A DNA stretch of 64,000 nt, from NCBI RefSeq assembly GCF_006345805.1, contig NC_042999.1, forward strand, positions 81,344,001 to 81,408,000, written 5' to 3'. Below are positions 51,964 to 64,000 of this stretch, in pieces (position 1 is the first letter of the stretch; each line of letters opens with the position of its first letter). Below the pieces are notes generated by a model. The model did not search any database. It saw only the letters and a program-made list of their open reading frames with translations, and was not told the DNA's origin. The stretch comes from Octopus sinensis (taxonomy: Eukaryota). The position numbers and the translations under genes were made by a program.

Positions 51964-52200
51964 AAGTGACCGTTGGCCGTAATAGCAGCAGTGACTGTTG
52001 GTCGTAGTAGTAGTTGTCACCGTGGTCGTAGTGGTGGATGGAGTTGTAGCACCAGCTGTCATAGTAGTAGTAGTAGTAGTGGTAGTAGTAGTAGAAGTAG
52101 TAGTGGAAGTGACCATTGGCCGTAATAGCAGCAGTGACTGTTGGTCATAGTAGTAGTTGTCACCGTGGTCGTAGTGGTGGATGGAGTTGTAGCACCAGCT

Positions 52201-52261
<61 letters not shown>

Positions 52262-52320
52262 AGGTGACCGTTGGCTGTAATAGCAGCAGTTGCAAAGATC
52301 GTTGTTTGCATTAGTAGTAG
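51835..52320. repeat. Minisatellite of ~145-155-bp units built around (TAG)n
   Basis: GGAAGTGACC(G/A)TTGGC.GTAATAGCAGCAG recurs at ~51962, 52104 and 52260. Confidence 0.9.
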
Positions 52321-52339
52321 TGATAATGGTTGAAGATGT

Positions 52340-53510
52340 AGAATTCTTTATTTCTTTTTGCATAACCAATATATGGTTTTAATGTTCCTGACCCAGTGTG
52401 TTTAAACTTGGTCCGAATTTTCTAATGAAATGAAGTTATTTGTTATGACGTTGAGTTGTAAAGTTTGCGTTGTTAATGAATTGGTAAAATGAGAAAGTTG
52501 TAAATTTTGGATATTTATTCGATGCACATCTGTCTGTGTGGCCGCTGACAGGTATTTTCCTGTATTCAGGATTCCTAATTTTGGATTTATGTACTGCCAT
52601 CCTTTTCCGTAGGCTATATTGCCTATTGCAGCCTGCGCATCTTATCACGTAAATCAAGTGTCCCGATGCACAGATGAAGTTTGTTGTGCTGGTAAATTGA
52701 TGACCTTTTTCTAATGTGTATTCCGAACCTTCTAATAAGATGATACAGATCCCGCAGCTGGGCTTTCCACACATTTTAACTGTAGATTTTGTGGTTGTTA
52801 TTGGGTGCAGTTTAGCCTGGGTTAAGTTTGGTTGCCGTTTACTATTTATTATGGTGTATGTTTGGAGGATTCGGTTCATCTTTGGGTCTCCTTTGGGTAG
52901 GTAGGGCTGTGCTTTGGAGTATGGCGTTAAAGGAGTCATTGTTAAGTGGGTTGTGTGTAGATATGTAGGGCTGGGTTTTAAATTTGTTCTTCCTTTTTTG
53001 GTTTTGGTTGTCTGATGGCTTGTATATTTAATTTAAGTGCTCGTTGGATGGTTTTGTCTATTAGGGGTTGTGGAAAATTCATATTTATGAGTGTAGTTCT
53101 GTGTTCCTAGAGACGTGCGTATCGGGTGTTTCTACCTGATACTATGGTGCAAATCCTTTTGGCTAAACAGAAAGGGATATTCATTCTTGTGTGTCTTTGA
53201 TGGCATGAATCAAATGGTAGGTACTGCTTCGAGTCTGTCGGTTTATAACAGATATGCGTCTTTTTCTTGCCGGCTTTCTTAATGAGGTTATCAAGAAATG
53301 GCAGTTTTTCCCGCTTATGTTCTATCGTGAATTGGATGTTTTCATTAATTTCATTCAGTAGTATTTTAAATTCCTCAAGTTTTTTCTAAACTTTCATCCC
53401 AGAGGAAAAAGTAGTCGTCGAGATATCTTTTCCAGTTGTTCTGGATATAGTTGGAGAAAGAGTTTCCATATTTCTGTAGTGTTTTCTGGAAAAGTATTAT
53501 TTCGCGGTGG
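52340..53510 (-). mobile_element. Decayed Penelope-like element (Neptune-like: Zn finger before GIY-YIG)
   Basis: WKRYLDDY (~53410-53435), NIQFTIE..LPFLD, YKPTDSKQYLPFDSCH, CGKPSCGIC, LIYVIRCAGC, LRKRMAVH. Confidence 0.85.
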
Positions 53511-54034
53511 CAGGTTTCAGTCTAAGAACCATTTAAATGACATAGACGAAAATATTTACTAGTAACGAATGCCACAATATTACTTTCACCAAATTTTGCA
53601 AAGTCGAGGACTTTCGGGTGGGGTTCATAGGAAAGTAAAGCTCTATCAAAGTAGCTTTGTGAAGTGCTCGTTCTCATTATAAGCAAGGAGAGAAAGGGGG
53701 AGAGAAAAATTCAAACCTGTCAAAACAATATCATCAAACGTCATCCCATCATAAACAGGAGTAAATACAATTAATCTTGTGATTATCCTTTTATTTCATT
53801 ATATCTATTTGTATTCACTAAGTTGAAGCTCCATGGAATGTACTATAAAGATGGAGAATATTATTTTCCGAATTTTCTTTGTAAATACCGACTGACATTG
53901 ACAGCCGAAACGGCCGTAAGAATTGTTACGTAATATTATGTTTTGTATTAAAAAATAGTTAACCGATATTGGTCAATTTGTTTGTTGATCAAAAGGCTTC
54001 TCTATTTTCTGCTTATATATATATATATATATAT

Positions 54035-54130
54035 AGGAAGAAAAAACAAGAAAGCAAAAGACGAAGACAGCGGTGTAGACAACAAACAGATGTATTAGTA
54101 TAACGCTCGGGAGATGAAAGAAGTCCGTCG
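54035..54130 (-). mobile_element. PLE terminal-repeat fragment
   Basis: AAAAGACGAAGACAGCGGTGTAGACAACAAACAGATGTATTAGT is homologous to 47925-47970 and 61045-61090. Confidence 0.55.
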
Positions 54131-54169
54131 ATATGCATACGCAGACATACAAGTATATATTATATGCGT

Positions 54170-54420
54170 TTGTGTGTGTATGTGTGTGTGTGCAAGTGTC
54201 TTTCTGTCTGCGTTTGTCCCCTACTACCGCTTGATAAATAGCGTTGGCGTGTTTATGTTCATGTATATGAATGGTTCAGCAATAGTGATCGATGTAATAA
54301 GTACCAGGCTTTAAAATATATGTACTGGACGAATCGGTCGAATAAAATACTTCGATGTGGTGCTCCAGCATGACCCTATTAATGACTAAAACAGGCAAAC
54401 GATAAAAGATGACAATAAAA
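54170..54420 (+). mobile_element. SINE family A 3' half
   Basis: TTTGTCCCC..GCTTGA, AATAAGTACCAGGCTT, GGTGCTCCAGCATG. Confidence 0.7.
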
Positions 54421-57400
54421 GTTATATATATATATATATATATCGTCATATATCCATACACACACATGTGTGTGTATGTATACATTCATTCACATGTGTG
54501 TATAAATATATATATATATGCGCATTCATGATATTTGCAAAACAGCTCGGGCACTGAGTTATAGACGGATATGTAGTCGTCTGATACGTGTACTTAGTGC
54601 TTATTAAACTATCTCTAAACATATTTGAACGTAAACTTTCGCATGAAATTCTACTCCAATATTTCCGAGTTTGATATCTATGAGATAATGATAATTGTGA
54701 CGATGCGTCAAATATACTGATCGATAAATAGATTTCATGGCAGGCTACTGGTTATGACCCTTCTAAAATAATTGTACTCTGTATTGATGCTGTTATTAAA
54801 TTAGCTTCTTCCTCTGCGATTTGCAGTCTATGTATTAAATGTTTTAATCATATTGTAGTCTGATGTAAACGGACAGAACTAAAATATGATCGTAATTGAA
54901 CGTTAGAACTACGATAACTGTCTATGAAAAATGACATTTTTCAGATAAAACCAGCACCACATCACAACTGCACTGTAGATAAATCTTAATTATTTGACTC
55001 AAGTGAAGATCTCTTCATTATGTCATAAGCCGCTCGTTGACAAAATCCTGAAGTATTGATTTTTCAGTCACTAGTGCATCTGTAACTTGGTAGATTTTCC
55101 TCAACACACACACCTACATACTCAAGAACACACACTTACATATATCACTCTGTGTACCTTATTTGTGTACATATATCACTCTGTGTAACTTAAAGCTGAT
55201 ATACTATAGAGAGCCACAAAACTGCAGTACTCGCCTTGAGAAAGCTTCTCATATAGACATATAATTATAAAAGGTGTTTAAGTATATCAATAGCAGAAAA
55301 TTTGCAGCCAGCAGCGGCGGTGGGATAACAGAATCCTGATTTTTGTGGCCTTTCATGTCAACGGTAGCAAATATCCAAATCAACACAATGCTTAGACACA
55401 TCTTGTTCGATATTTGCGACGTTATTGATTTGTTGATCACTGTTTTATCTATACCAGTTGTATCAAAATAATTCTGTTATGATTATAACGAATTCAAAAG
55501 GTATAGAATAGAAATTTCGCGAAAGACATTTTCAGCTACACATTGTTTTCAACAAATCACGATATGATTTGAGTAGAGCGCAATCAAACCTTTTCGTGGG
55601 ATATAGAATCGGTGACTGGTCAGGATAATTATTCGTATTTGGTGATTAAACCAGGAAAGACTGTGGACAAGAGAAGGATCATGCATGAAAGAGGCGTTTC
55701 TATATCGTCTATATCTCATAATTACTTATACAACAGGATTCACGAGAACTTGAATATATTTGTGCTGCGTGGGGAGCTAGAGTGTCCAGAAAATAATTTA
55801 GCAGTGTTCATAATGTGTATGCATAAGAACATACAATAATTTTGCCTCGAATAATCGAGTTAATTAAGGATAAAAATTATTATGTCATATTTTGGTTGAT
55901 AGTACTATACAGGTCGTTTATTATAGGAACGTTTCCAGAAAAATTATAATTTTGTTAAGGAATCACCTTGCTATTTTAGAATAAAATTAGAACGTAAGAG
56001 GTTGTAACACAAAGCTTGAATTATTTTCTGTATATAAAAGAAATAAAAAGTCAGTAAACGGAGACTAAACTACACTAATGATCTAGTATACCATTGTTAA
56101 TGTAGTTCTTTTTTGTTTCCTTTTGGCATATTTCTAATATGAAAAATATTAGAAATTTAGAAATTAAATTACCATGATTTACTAACAGTTGTAATAGTAT
56201 GTTCAAAGAAACGTCGCAGATCACTGTTTCTAAACTTTTTAAATCATTCACTTTCTCATAGTAGCCCCTGCCGCATTATATCCACATCACATACTGATTA
56301 CATGTAGAAAAACATACAACGCATTGTAAAACGATTTTATTATCAAATATGTTCAACGTACTTACAATTCAGGATAAAGAGTATGAGTCAAGTAAACCAC
56401 AGCGTAAATGATATTTAGTAGTATGTTCAATCTACAACCATTTTATTCTTTGCACAGCCCACATAAATTTTCTTCAGGAATAAGTATCGCTGTTGTAGAG
56501 AATATATAAATAGCTAAGATGAAGGAAATCAGTGCTTAGTTTCATTTATGAACTGTTCGGAGAGACAGAGACGCATTTTTGAAGGTAATGACTGGGATAA
56601 TATTTCAATAGTTTAAATGTTGATTGTAATTTTACCCTTTCGAAATACATAACCAGATTAAACTAAATATCTTGCTTTAATGTTTGCCAATAAACCAATA
56701 AATGGGGTATAACAAACACCCAGATGTATTTCTCTGTGAAAATACTCTATAAATTGAGACCACATATAAAATCTAAACCCTATGTTAATATAGAATTTCC
56801 TACGTTTCATCCGAGTCATATGCAAGCTAACATATAAATGAATATGTAGGGTATTCAATCTATTGGTTATTCTTTTTGATCTTTGTGCTTCCTCGACTAA
56901 GACAGACAATAACACAAAGTGTTTTTGATGACGACGTATTTCTTCAGTTGTTTGTTTCTTTTCCGGGAGGAAATAGGCACCAGTCAGCAAACTTGGAGAG
57001 GTTTAGATTTTGACGCGTTAAATTGCTCTAAAGAACAAGGAATATTTTGGATTTGGTCCAATGCTAAGTGAGAGTTGAAAAGAACTACAGCTAATTCAAG
57101 AGACAACATTATACTGATGTTCTATCAACGTTAGAAAGATGAAATGCAAAATGAAAGGTTCACGGATATTGATTCCTGAAATTTAGTTTCCGGTTTTCTA
57201 TATCATATATCTTCTATTCAGAATCCTTTTCCACATTTACTGGTTTCTTCGACAGGATATGCATGAAGTACAACCGCGATGCGCAAAGAGTTTTTAATTC
57301 ATTCCTGTAAAGAAATGCAAATACAAATCAGAAGAAAATTAAATAGACTGAATATTTTGGTTGTAACACGAAAGGTTTTTACTGAAAATTTATTTTTAAA

Positions 57401-57599
57401 AAGTGAACTTTGATCTGACAGCTAGCGGGACACGCTTTGCATATTTTCAGTTGTTAATCATCTTGATTTCGGCATACTGTTTATAAACGGAATCGCGATT
57501 GCGAATTCTGACAGAAAACAGATGCACACACATGCGCGCACATACATTCATATATATATATATATATATATATAAGATAGATAGACAGAAAGAAAGATA

Positions 57600-57807
57600 C
57601 AGGGTTGGCCAAAAGTCACCCGACCGACAGTAAATCAAAATTCCACTAGTAGTATTTGAAATTGTGTATTGACTCGAATAGAAAAATGTGTCGCGCAAGA
57701 ACTTCATTCTGAACAATTTTCATGTTGTGCTTTCAGTTGTTAAACATGAAGAAATTTTAAAATGAAATGGCCTTGATTTACAGACAGGTGACTTTTGGCC
57801 AAACTTG
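57600..57807. mobile_element. Tc1/mariner-type MITE
   Basis: 21-bp TIRs CAGGGTTGGCCAAAAGTCACC / GGTGACTTTTGGCCAAACTTG with TA on both sides. Confidence 0.85.
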
Positions 57808-57838
57808 TATATATATATATATTCCATTGTGTTATGTT

Positions 57839-58250
57839 TACCGTAAATCCTCGAGTATCATCCGCATTTTTTCCAAAAATTTAAAGGTCAAAGTTCCAAG
57901 TGTGTATAATACACGAGGTTAAAAAAGAAAATTATTTTCTAAGCAATGTTCAAGTCTCTATTTGCTGTCCGGCAATGTTTATTCAGACGCATTTTATGAT
58001 GTCGGGTGCGAAAATACCTTAACCTAAGCCTGAAAGCAATGAAGTCATAAAAGAATCATCCATAACTTGCAGTAAGCAATATTTATTAAACGTTATTACT
58101 ATTATTTCTTTATTTTCTGCAAACAAAATGCACAAAAATGCTACACGTTTGCATTATGTTATATATACAATGATAATAAAGTACGTTACCGTATACATTT
58201 TTACAAACCAAGGACGTTATATAGACCTCCTTGACTCAAGTTAGAGAAGG
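57839..58250 (+). mobile_element. One end of a pogo/Tigger-like non-autonomous DNA transposon
   Basis: TA-CCGTAAATCCTCGAGTAT terminus and internal TATAATACACGAGG; matching other end not found. Confidence 0.4.
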
Positions 58251-58259
58251 GGCAGACAA

Positions 58260-58620
58260 GAATTGAAGTGAGGGTTCAGAAAAAATCCTTCAAAGCGAGG
58301 ATGAAGACCTCAAGCCTACAAGAGAGACTAAGTAAATGGAAAGCCAATTTTCAAATCTTTTGTGGCGAAAACACCGAATACATCAAACAAGCGTTTCCGT
58401 AGTATTGTTGAAGATCCGTCGTATCCTGGATATCAAGCAAGGACCCTTCTCGATAGAATTGCTTGACGACATACTGAGGAAGTCCAAAAAACCGAAAGGC
58501 TGCAGGATTGGATGACATCCCTTCCAGCGTCTGGAAAACCGGCAATTTCAAGGATATTATTCTATGAAAAAAGTTCAAATATAGTGGAGGCATATTCGAT
58601 CATGCCAGGAAGCCTTTCAC
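58260..58620 (+). mobile_element. RTE-like LINE fragment
   Basis: Translation KAAGLDDIPSSVWKTG at ~58495-58545 (KA.G.D.I motif preceding RT). Confidence 0.55.
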
Positions 58621-59324
58621 TGTATTTTGTCATGGACACAATTTCTCGCTTTAGAAGAATTGGTGTAGATACATCAAGTCAGCGCACTTCGTTCCCTAAT
58701 CAGACTGTGGGATACATACCTTTTAGAGTGGTTTCCTTTTGTTCAGCAACACGGACCGGAAAAGCAGAAGCTGTGAACTGTCGAGAGAGACAGATCATTC
58801 TGTTAATATGTGATCTTCAATGATATTCTCGAAGGCCGAGAATCACTTAAACACTGCCTTACGCTGAATCTCCGACGAGAATTATATGATATTGGTAGAT
58901 AACCGTAGAACGGAGCGACTGGAATAACTCAAACTGCGTTCCGCTACTAACTAAATGCATGGTTGTGTTCTAACAAACAACTCGACGACTTAATATTTGC
59001 AAACATTCCTGGCAAAATAAATAGTGGGATATATAGGCATGTCTGTAATTCTGTAACTCTGTGTGTTTGCGTCAGTGTGCTTGAGTTTGAGAGTTTTTTC
59101 TGATTGTCTATTTGTATGCGCGTATTTGCAATTTCATATTTACGCAGCAATATTGTGGCATTATTATCGTTTCAAATAAAGACATTTTTTGTGTTTCCTG
59201 ACATAATTCTGACACTGATGTTGACTAAAAATTCATAAACAGAGCGAATAACCATGCAAATCCTCGTATGCGCACTCAGACACACAAAAAAGTTGTACGC
59301 AGAGACCCAAAAGACATACATACA

Positions 59325-59376
<52 letters not shown>

Positions 59377-59381
59377 TACAT

Positions 59382-59458
<77 letters not shown>

Positions 59459-60989
59459 TAGGTTTAAATATACTTTGTTACTGTGATATATTATGTAACA
59501 CATTGTAAGATAATAAATTATGCAAAATAAATATTCTTCACTCGTTTTGAAATATATTTCCGAAATACAGCCTCTCGATTACAAATAGTTTTACAGTTAA
59601 GCAACAGGTAATCACGATTTTCCCGCGTTGGTTCTCCTTACTGCAATAAGAGTCGCATCAGAAGTGGTATCTTCTAATTTGACTATTTGTATGTCTGCCA
59701 ATAAGCGAACACAACATCTGGCATCTTAGATTTAGTAATTTTTGTTCGACAAAAGCTATGGCAACCTGTTTTATGTCAAGCAAGAAATATATTCCGATAG
59801 ACAATTAATTAAATCATAAGATCTATCATGTGTCACGTAATTTTCTTCGAACATTAATTGATAAAATTTACACCACCAAATAGATTATACCTGATATGAA
59901 CTGATACAACATAATAGCAGCTAAAGAAGCATATTTAATTGAAATATAAAGATAGCACATGCAATTAAGCTATGTGGTTCACTCTAGGTGTATGTTTTCG
60001 TATGTGCATACATAAATTCATTCTCACTATGCATATACATATATACATACAAATCTACATACAGAGAAACACACACTCGTGCACATACACACACGCACAC
60101 ACATATATATACGCTCACATATATACACATGCGCATACATACACGCACATTTCTACGCAGTGTAAATGGAATGTTTTATGTGTAGGTGTATGCATACCTA
60201 TCTATATGGTTCCGAGGGTTGTTATGAATAATAGATATAAGCACGTTTAACGAATCATACTCCTGCTGATGTAAAACTCAGTTCAAGAATACAAAATATT
60301 CAAGTTTTCTTAAAGTGGTCACCTCAAAAGAAACTGCTTCAACAGAGCAAAACAATTATTTTATTCACTAACAACTATAGCGCCATTACGTTTTGAGATA
60401 TAATTCTGAGAGAACACGGCATCTTGATATAATACTGAGAAGAAAAAAAAAAGGAGACAACTAGATTTCTCCGCACTTCGAATCATATGTGATCTGCCAA
60501 TTAACATGTATATCTATCAAAATTACGGATGGCTCGCTTTACATAGTAGCACCGAGAAATTGTAATCTGAACAGCATTGTTACAGTTGTGAGAGTAAACT
60601 GAAAATTTATTTTGTTTAATAATTAGGTCCTACATCGTGTCACGTAATTTTCTCTGAAGACTAATATCAGGAATCTATACTACTGAAGTGTAAATTCTGG
60701 TTGGTGTGTTGCATAGAATATCAGATTTAGAGAAGCTGCTGATTTTCAATTAATTCAGAATTACGTACGTTCCGAGTTTACTTGTCATACTGTACTGACA
60801 TAGAAACAAATCATGTTAATCTAACTGAAAATAACGCTTCCATGTATATATCTATCTACCCCCTTATTGCCTACTTAATTACCGATTTTTGTCACTCCCA
60901 CTTTCTTGCCGGTATATTAACATGCATACATACATACATGAATGCATACACACATGTATATACATATGTATATAGGTATATATATATAT

Positions 60990-61230
60990 AACGGGAAGCT
61001 TTATGAAAATAGACAAAAGGCGAAGGCAGGTTTACGGAAATAAACAAAAGACGAAGGCAGGTGGAATACAAACAAACAATTGTATTAGTATGGCGCCCAG
61101 AAAATATAAATAAAACAAGTCTTTAACGTTTCGAGCCTACGCTCTTCAACAGAAAGATACACAGAGAAGAAACACAGAAAGAAGGAGAGAAAAAAATGCG
61201 TGCAGAGGCTAGCGAATCAACATGGCGATC
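60990..61230 (-). mobile_element. Solo PLE terminal repeat with HHR-like motif
   Basis: Same family as 25415 and 47915; minus strand reads UCUUU CUGUUGA A GAGC GUAG GCUC GAAA CGUU AAAGA at 61120-61157. Confidence 0.75.
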
Positions 61231-62404
61231 TATGTGTATGTGTGTGTGTGTGTGCGTGTATCTCTATACATGCATGCGCGTGTGTATGTGTGTAGAGTCA
61301 AAATGGCACCTTGTACTTGTTACTGAAATGTTTAAAGGCTTAATTCTTACACGCATTCACTTGGTAAAAACGAGTATTTTGGCATGATTTAATGCTTCTA
61401 TTGCTGTATATTAAAAAAAAACATATCGGAAACAGTTGTAATGAACCTGCAATGCGCTTGGATGTGGAGTCTATTGAATACAGTGCAGTGGGTGTAGTGT
61501 CTGTACAGATGTGCGACCTTGATTACTCGTCTTATATTCAGTTGGCTACTTCTGATTGTACGCACAGCCGGAGTACAAATCCGTGTGTACTTTAGTAAGT
61601 ACGCCTTTCTCTTTGAAATATTGTTTTTAAGCGATAGCAATAGCACAGGTACGACCTTGGTGCTTTACTATTTAAGAACCTGATTCAGTTTTAATATTTA
61701 GAGTTATCTGTGTCTGATATTATCGGATTTCCGATATAAATTTTCAAAATCGTGTTCTGTATACCCCAGCAGTCTTGCTACATATGGTGACGCCATCTAG
61801 ATTGGCGTACGTACCTTCTATTTTACAGAAATAAAATTTCTGTTAGTCCACTGGAAACATGCAACATTGTTTTTATGCCAGAAATTAAGACTTTTCAGCT
61901 GAAAGAATCGAGCGACTCTCTCAAAAGTTGCAAATTATATATGATTGGAATGCAGTGTCGTCGAAGTTCAACAATGAGTAACCATCTATGTAGCTGAATG
62001 TATTAATGGTTGCGTAATATTTAACAATTGAGCCGCATCTGTTACTGTTATCTGTAACAATTTGTGTCCAACAGGGTGATTCATTTGGGGTAATAGCAGT
62101 TCCTTTAAGTATCTCACGGATTTTCTATCGAATACACTTATTATTGCAAGATATTAAATATACAGAACATAGTAATTACTGGTTTAATAATTGGTGATAG
62201 ATCAGAAATGGCCACAGACATAGTTATTTATGGGAGCATAGATAACAACTATGTTTCTGGACAAAATTCCTCTCCATAAATTGAAATGTTCTCTTAAAGG
62301 ATACTCAAAAGCAACAACCGAGGAATATGCAGGTAGGTGACGAAGTGAAGGAAACTGCGTGGATGGGTTCATATTTCAAAATATTTTTCATTGGTAAAAT
62401 GAAT

Positions 62405-62810
62405 ATATAGCCGCAGGAGTGGCTTGCTAACCAACCACACGGGTCTGGGTTCAGTCCCACTGCGTGGCATCTTGGGCCAGTGTCTTCTGCTATAGCCCCG
62501 GGCCGACCAATGCCTTGTGAGTGGATTTGGTAGACGGAAACTGAAAGAAGCCTGTCGTATATATGTATATATATATAAGTGTGTGTGCATGTGTTTGTGT
62601 GTCTGTGTTTGTCCCCCTAGCATTGCTTGACAAACGATGCTAGTGTGTTTACGTCCCCGTCACTTAGCGGTTCGGCAAAAGAGACCGATAGAATAAGTAC
62701 TGGGCTTACAAAAAATAAGTCCCGGGGTTGATTTGCTCGACTAAAGGCGGTGCTCCAGCATGGCCGCAGTCAAAATGACAGAAACAAGTAAAAGAGTAAA
62801 AGAGTAAATA
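62405..62810 (+). mobile_element. SINE family A, best-preserved copy
   Basis: B-box-like GGTTCAGTCCC, CORE-like ATCTTGGGCCAGTGTCTT, internal TA/TG tract, (GTAAAAGA)n tail. Confidence 0.9.
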
Positions 62811-63829
62811 GTAATATTACTGAAACCATCGATATCACGCCATTATAACGTAAGGTAGGTAACTTTAGAACACACTGAAATAGTCGAGTAAAAAGAATGT
62901 TGGAACCTCTATTGTCATAAACGTTTTAGGAAAGTTTCATGAACAGCTATTTAAATGGTATGCATGCCAGCAAATATCAAGGAGAAATAGAAAGCTTTAT
63001 TAGTTGTACGGAAAGGTGTAAGCCCATTGGGGAATATTCTTTTCCTTTTATTTCGAAACAAGTATTTATGCAAGACTGTTGTAAATTGGTCCATCCCTTG
63101 CAATGTGTGTAAATGCTTTTCATCACAACACATTAGAATAGCCTACTGGGACCAACATATTTCACTAAACTTATGAATTATTTTCTTTCTTTCTTTTGGA
63201 AACGGGAATCATTCTCGAAATGTTATATGGATATTAGAAAGAGCGTTGTAAATTAGTACGAAATTTTTTCTCTTTTTTCCATTTATTGACATCATATCCT
63301 ACATATTTTAGCTAACTTCTCACCTGTTTTCCTCAAATGTTTTTCTCTAAATATTTATATCAAGTATTCATGTATGCCCTAAATTTAGTTCTACGTCAAA
63401 AAAAAAGAACCATTAGACGGAAGTATCATGAAATTTAATAAATTTCGTTTAATTAAATGCCTGTCCTTGCCATCATTATTCTATGTTCCTTCATTACAAT
63501 TTTTTGTTCAGTGACAAAAATTGTTTGGAATTATAAGCAATTATTATTTACGTGTAATTTCCATCGTATTATGCAACTGATACATTGCTGTATCCATTCT
63601 AATAATGCCATACGAAAAAATGACAAATGTAATTCGATAACTGTGTTTAGGTGTATATGTGTGTGGATGATTTTGTGTACGTTAATTGATAAAAATTGCA
63701 AGAGACAGCATAATCTACATATATTCGCAAATCTGTTTGCGATTGTGTGCGTGGGTGTAATTTTTATGTAAACATGTTTGTACACACACACAAACACAAA
63801 CACACATGCACATAGACACACATACACAT

Positions 63830-63865
<36 letters not shown>

Positions 63866-64000
63866 GGCCAGAAACTGAAAATCGAATTTTTCGCTATTGA
63901 CCACGAAATATAGAATTGATTCTATATTGTTCATCATTATTGAATGTATATTATATGTTTCTGTTTGTAGTTTAATGATCTATACGAATATAAATTTAGT

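Noticed and set aside
53870-53925. GAAACGGCCGTA, resembling the 3' half of a hammerhead near the decayed PLE
   Set aside because: No CUGANGA core in the required position.
59820-60760. Two diverged ~120-bp similar segments starting GTGTCACGTAATTTTCT
   Set aside because: Most likely old dispersed-repeat remnants; too decayed to classify.

Overview
AT-rich, repeat-saturated animal genomic DNA. The microsatellite load and SINE families suggest a coleoid cephalopod such as Octopus, but this is inference. No host protein-coding gene can be supported; nearly all short ORFs in the track are microsatellite or antisense artefacts. The window contains: (1) a Penelope-like element (PLE; RT + GIY-YIG) present as a head-to-head palindrome with ~1.85-kb arms (37749-47345), whose left arm is split by a near-full-length CR1-type LINE (39164-44731); (2) further decayed PLE, CR1/L2, RTE and R4/Dong LINE fragments, with several Dong copies abutting (TAA)n; (3) several tRNA-derived SINE families and Tc1/mariner-type MITEs. 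The most interesting signal is a set of non-coding elements carrying hammerhead ribozyme (HHR) motifs. These include a tRNA-headed, (AAT)n-containing SINE-like family ending in a minimal HHR (3 copies), a 454-nt circularly permuted retrozyme-like unit (22106-23123), and HHR variants in PLE terminal repeats. Several share the autonomous PLE's inverted-upstream-copy architecture, suggesting a PLE-driven ribozyme retroelement system. All calls were made by eye; boundaries of decayed elements are approximate.
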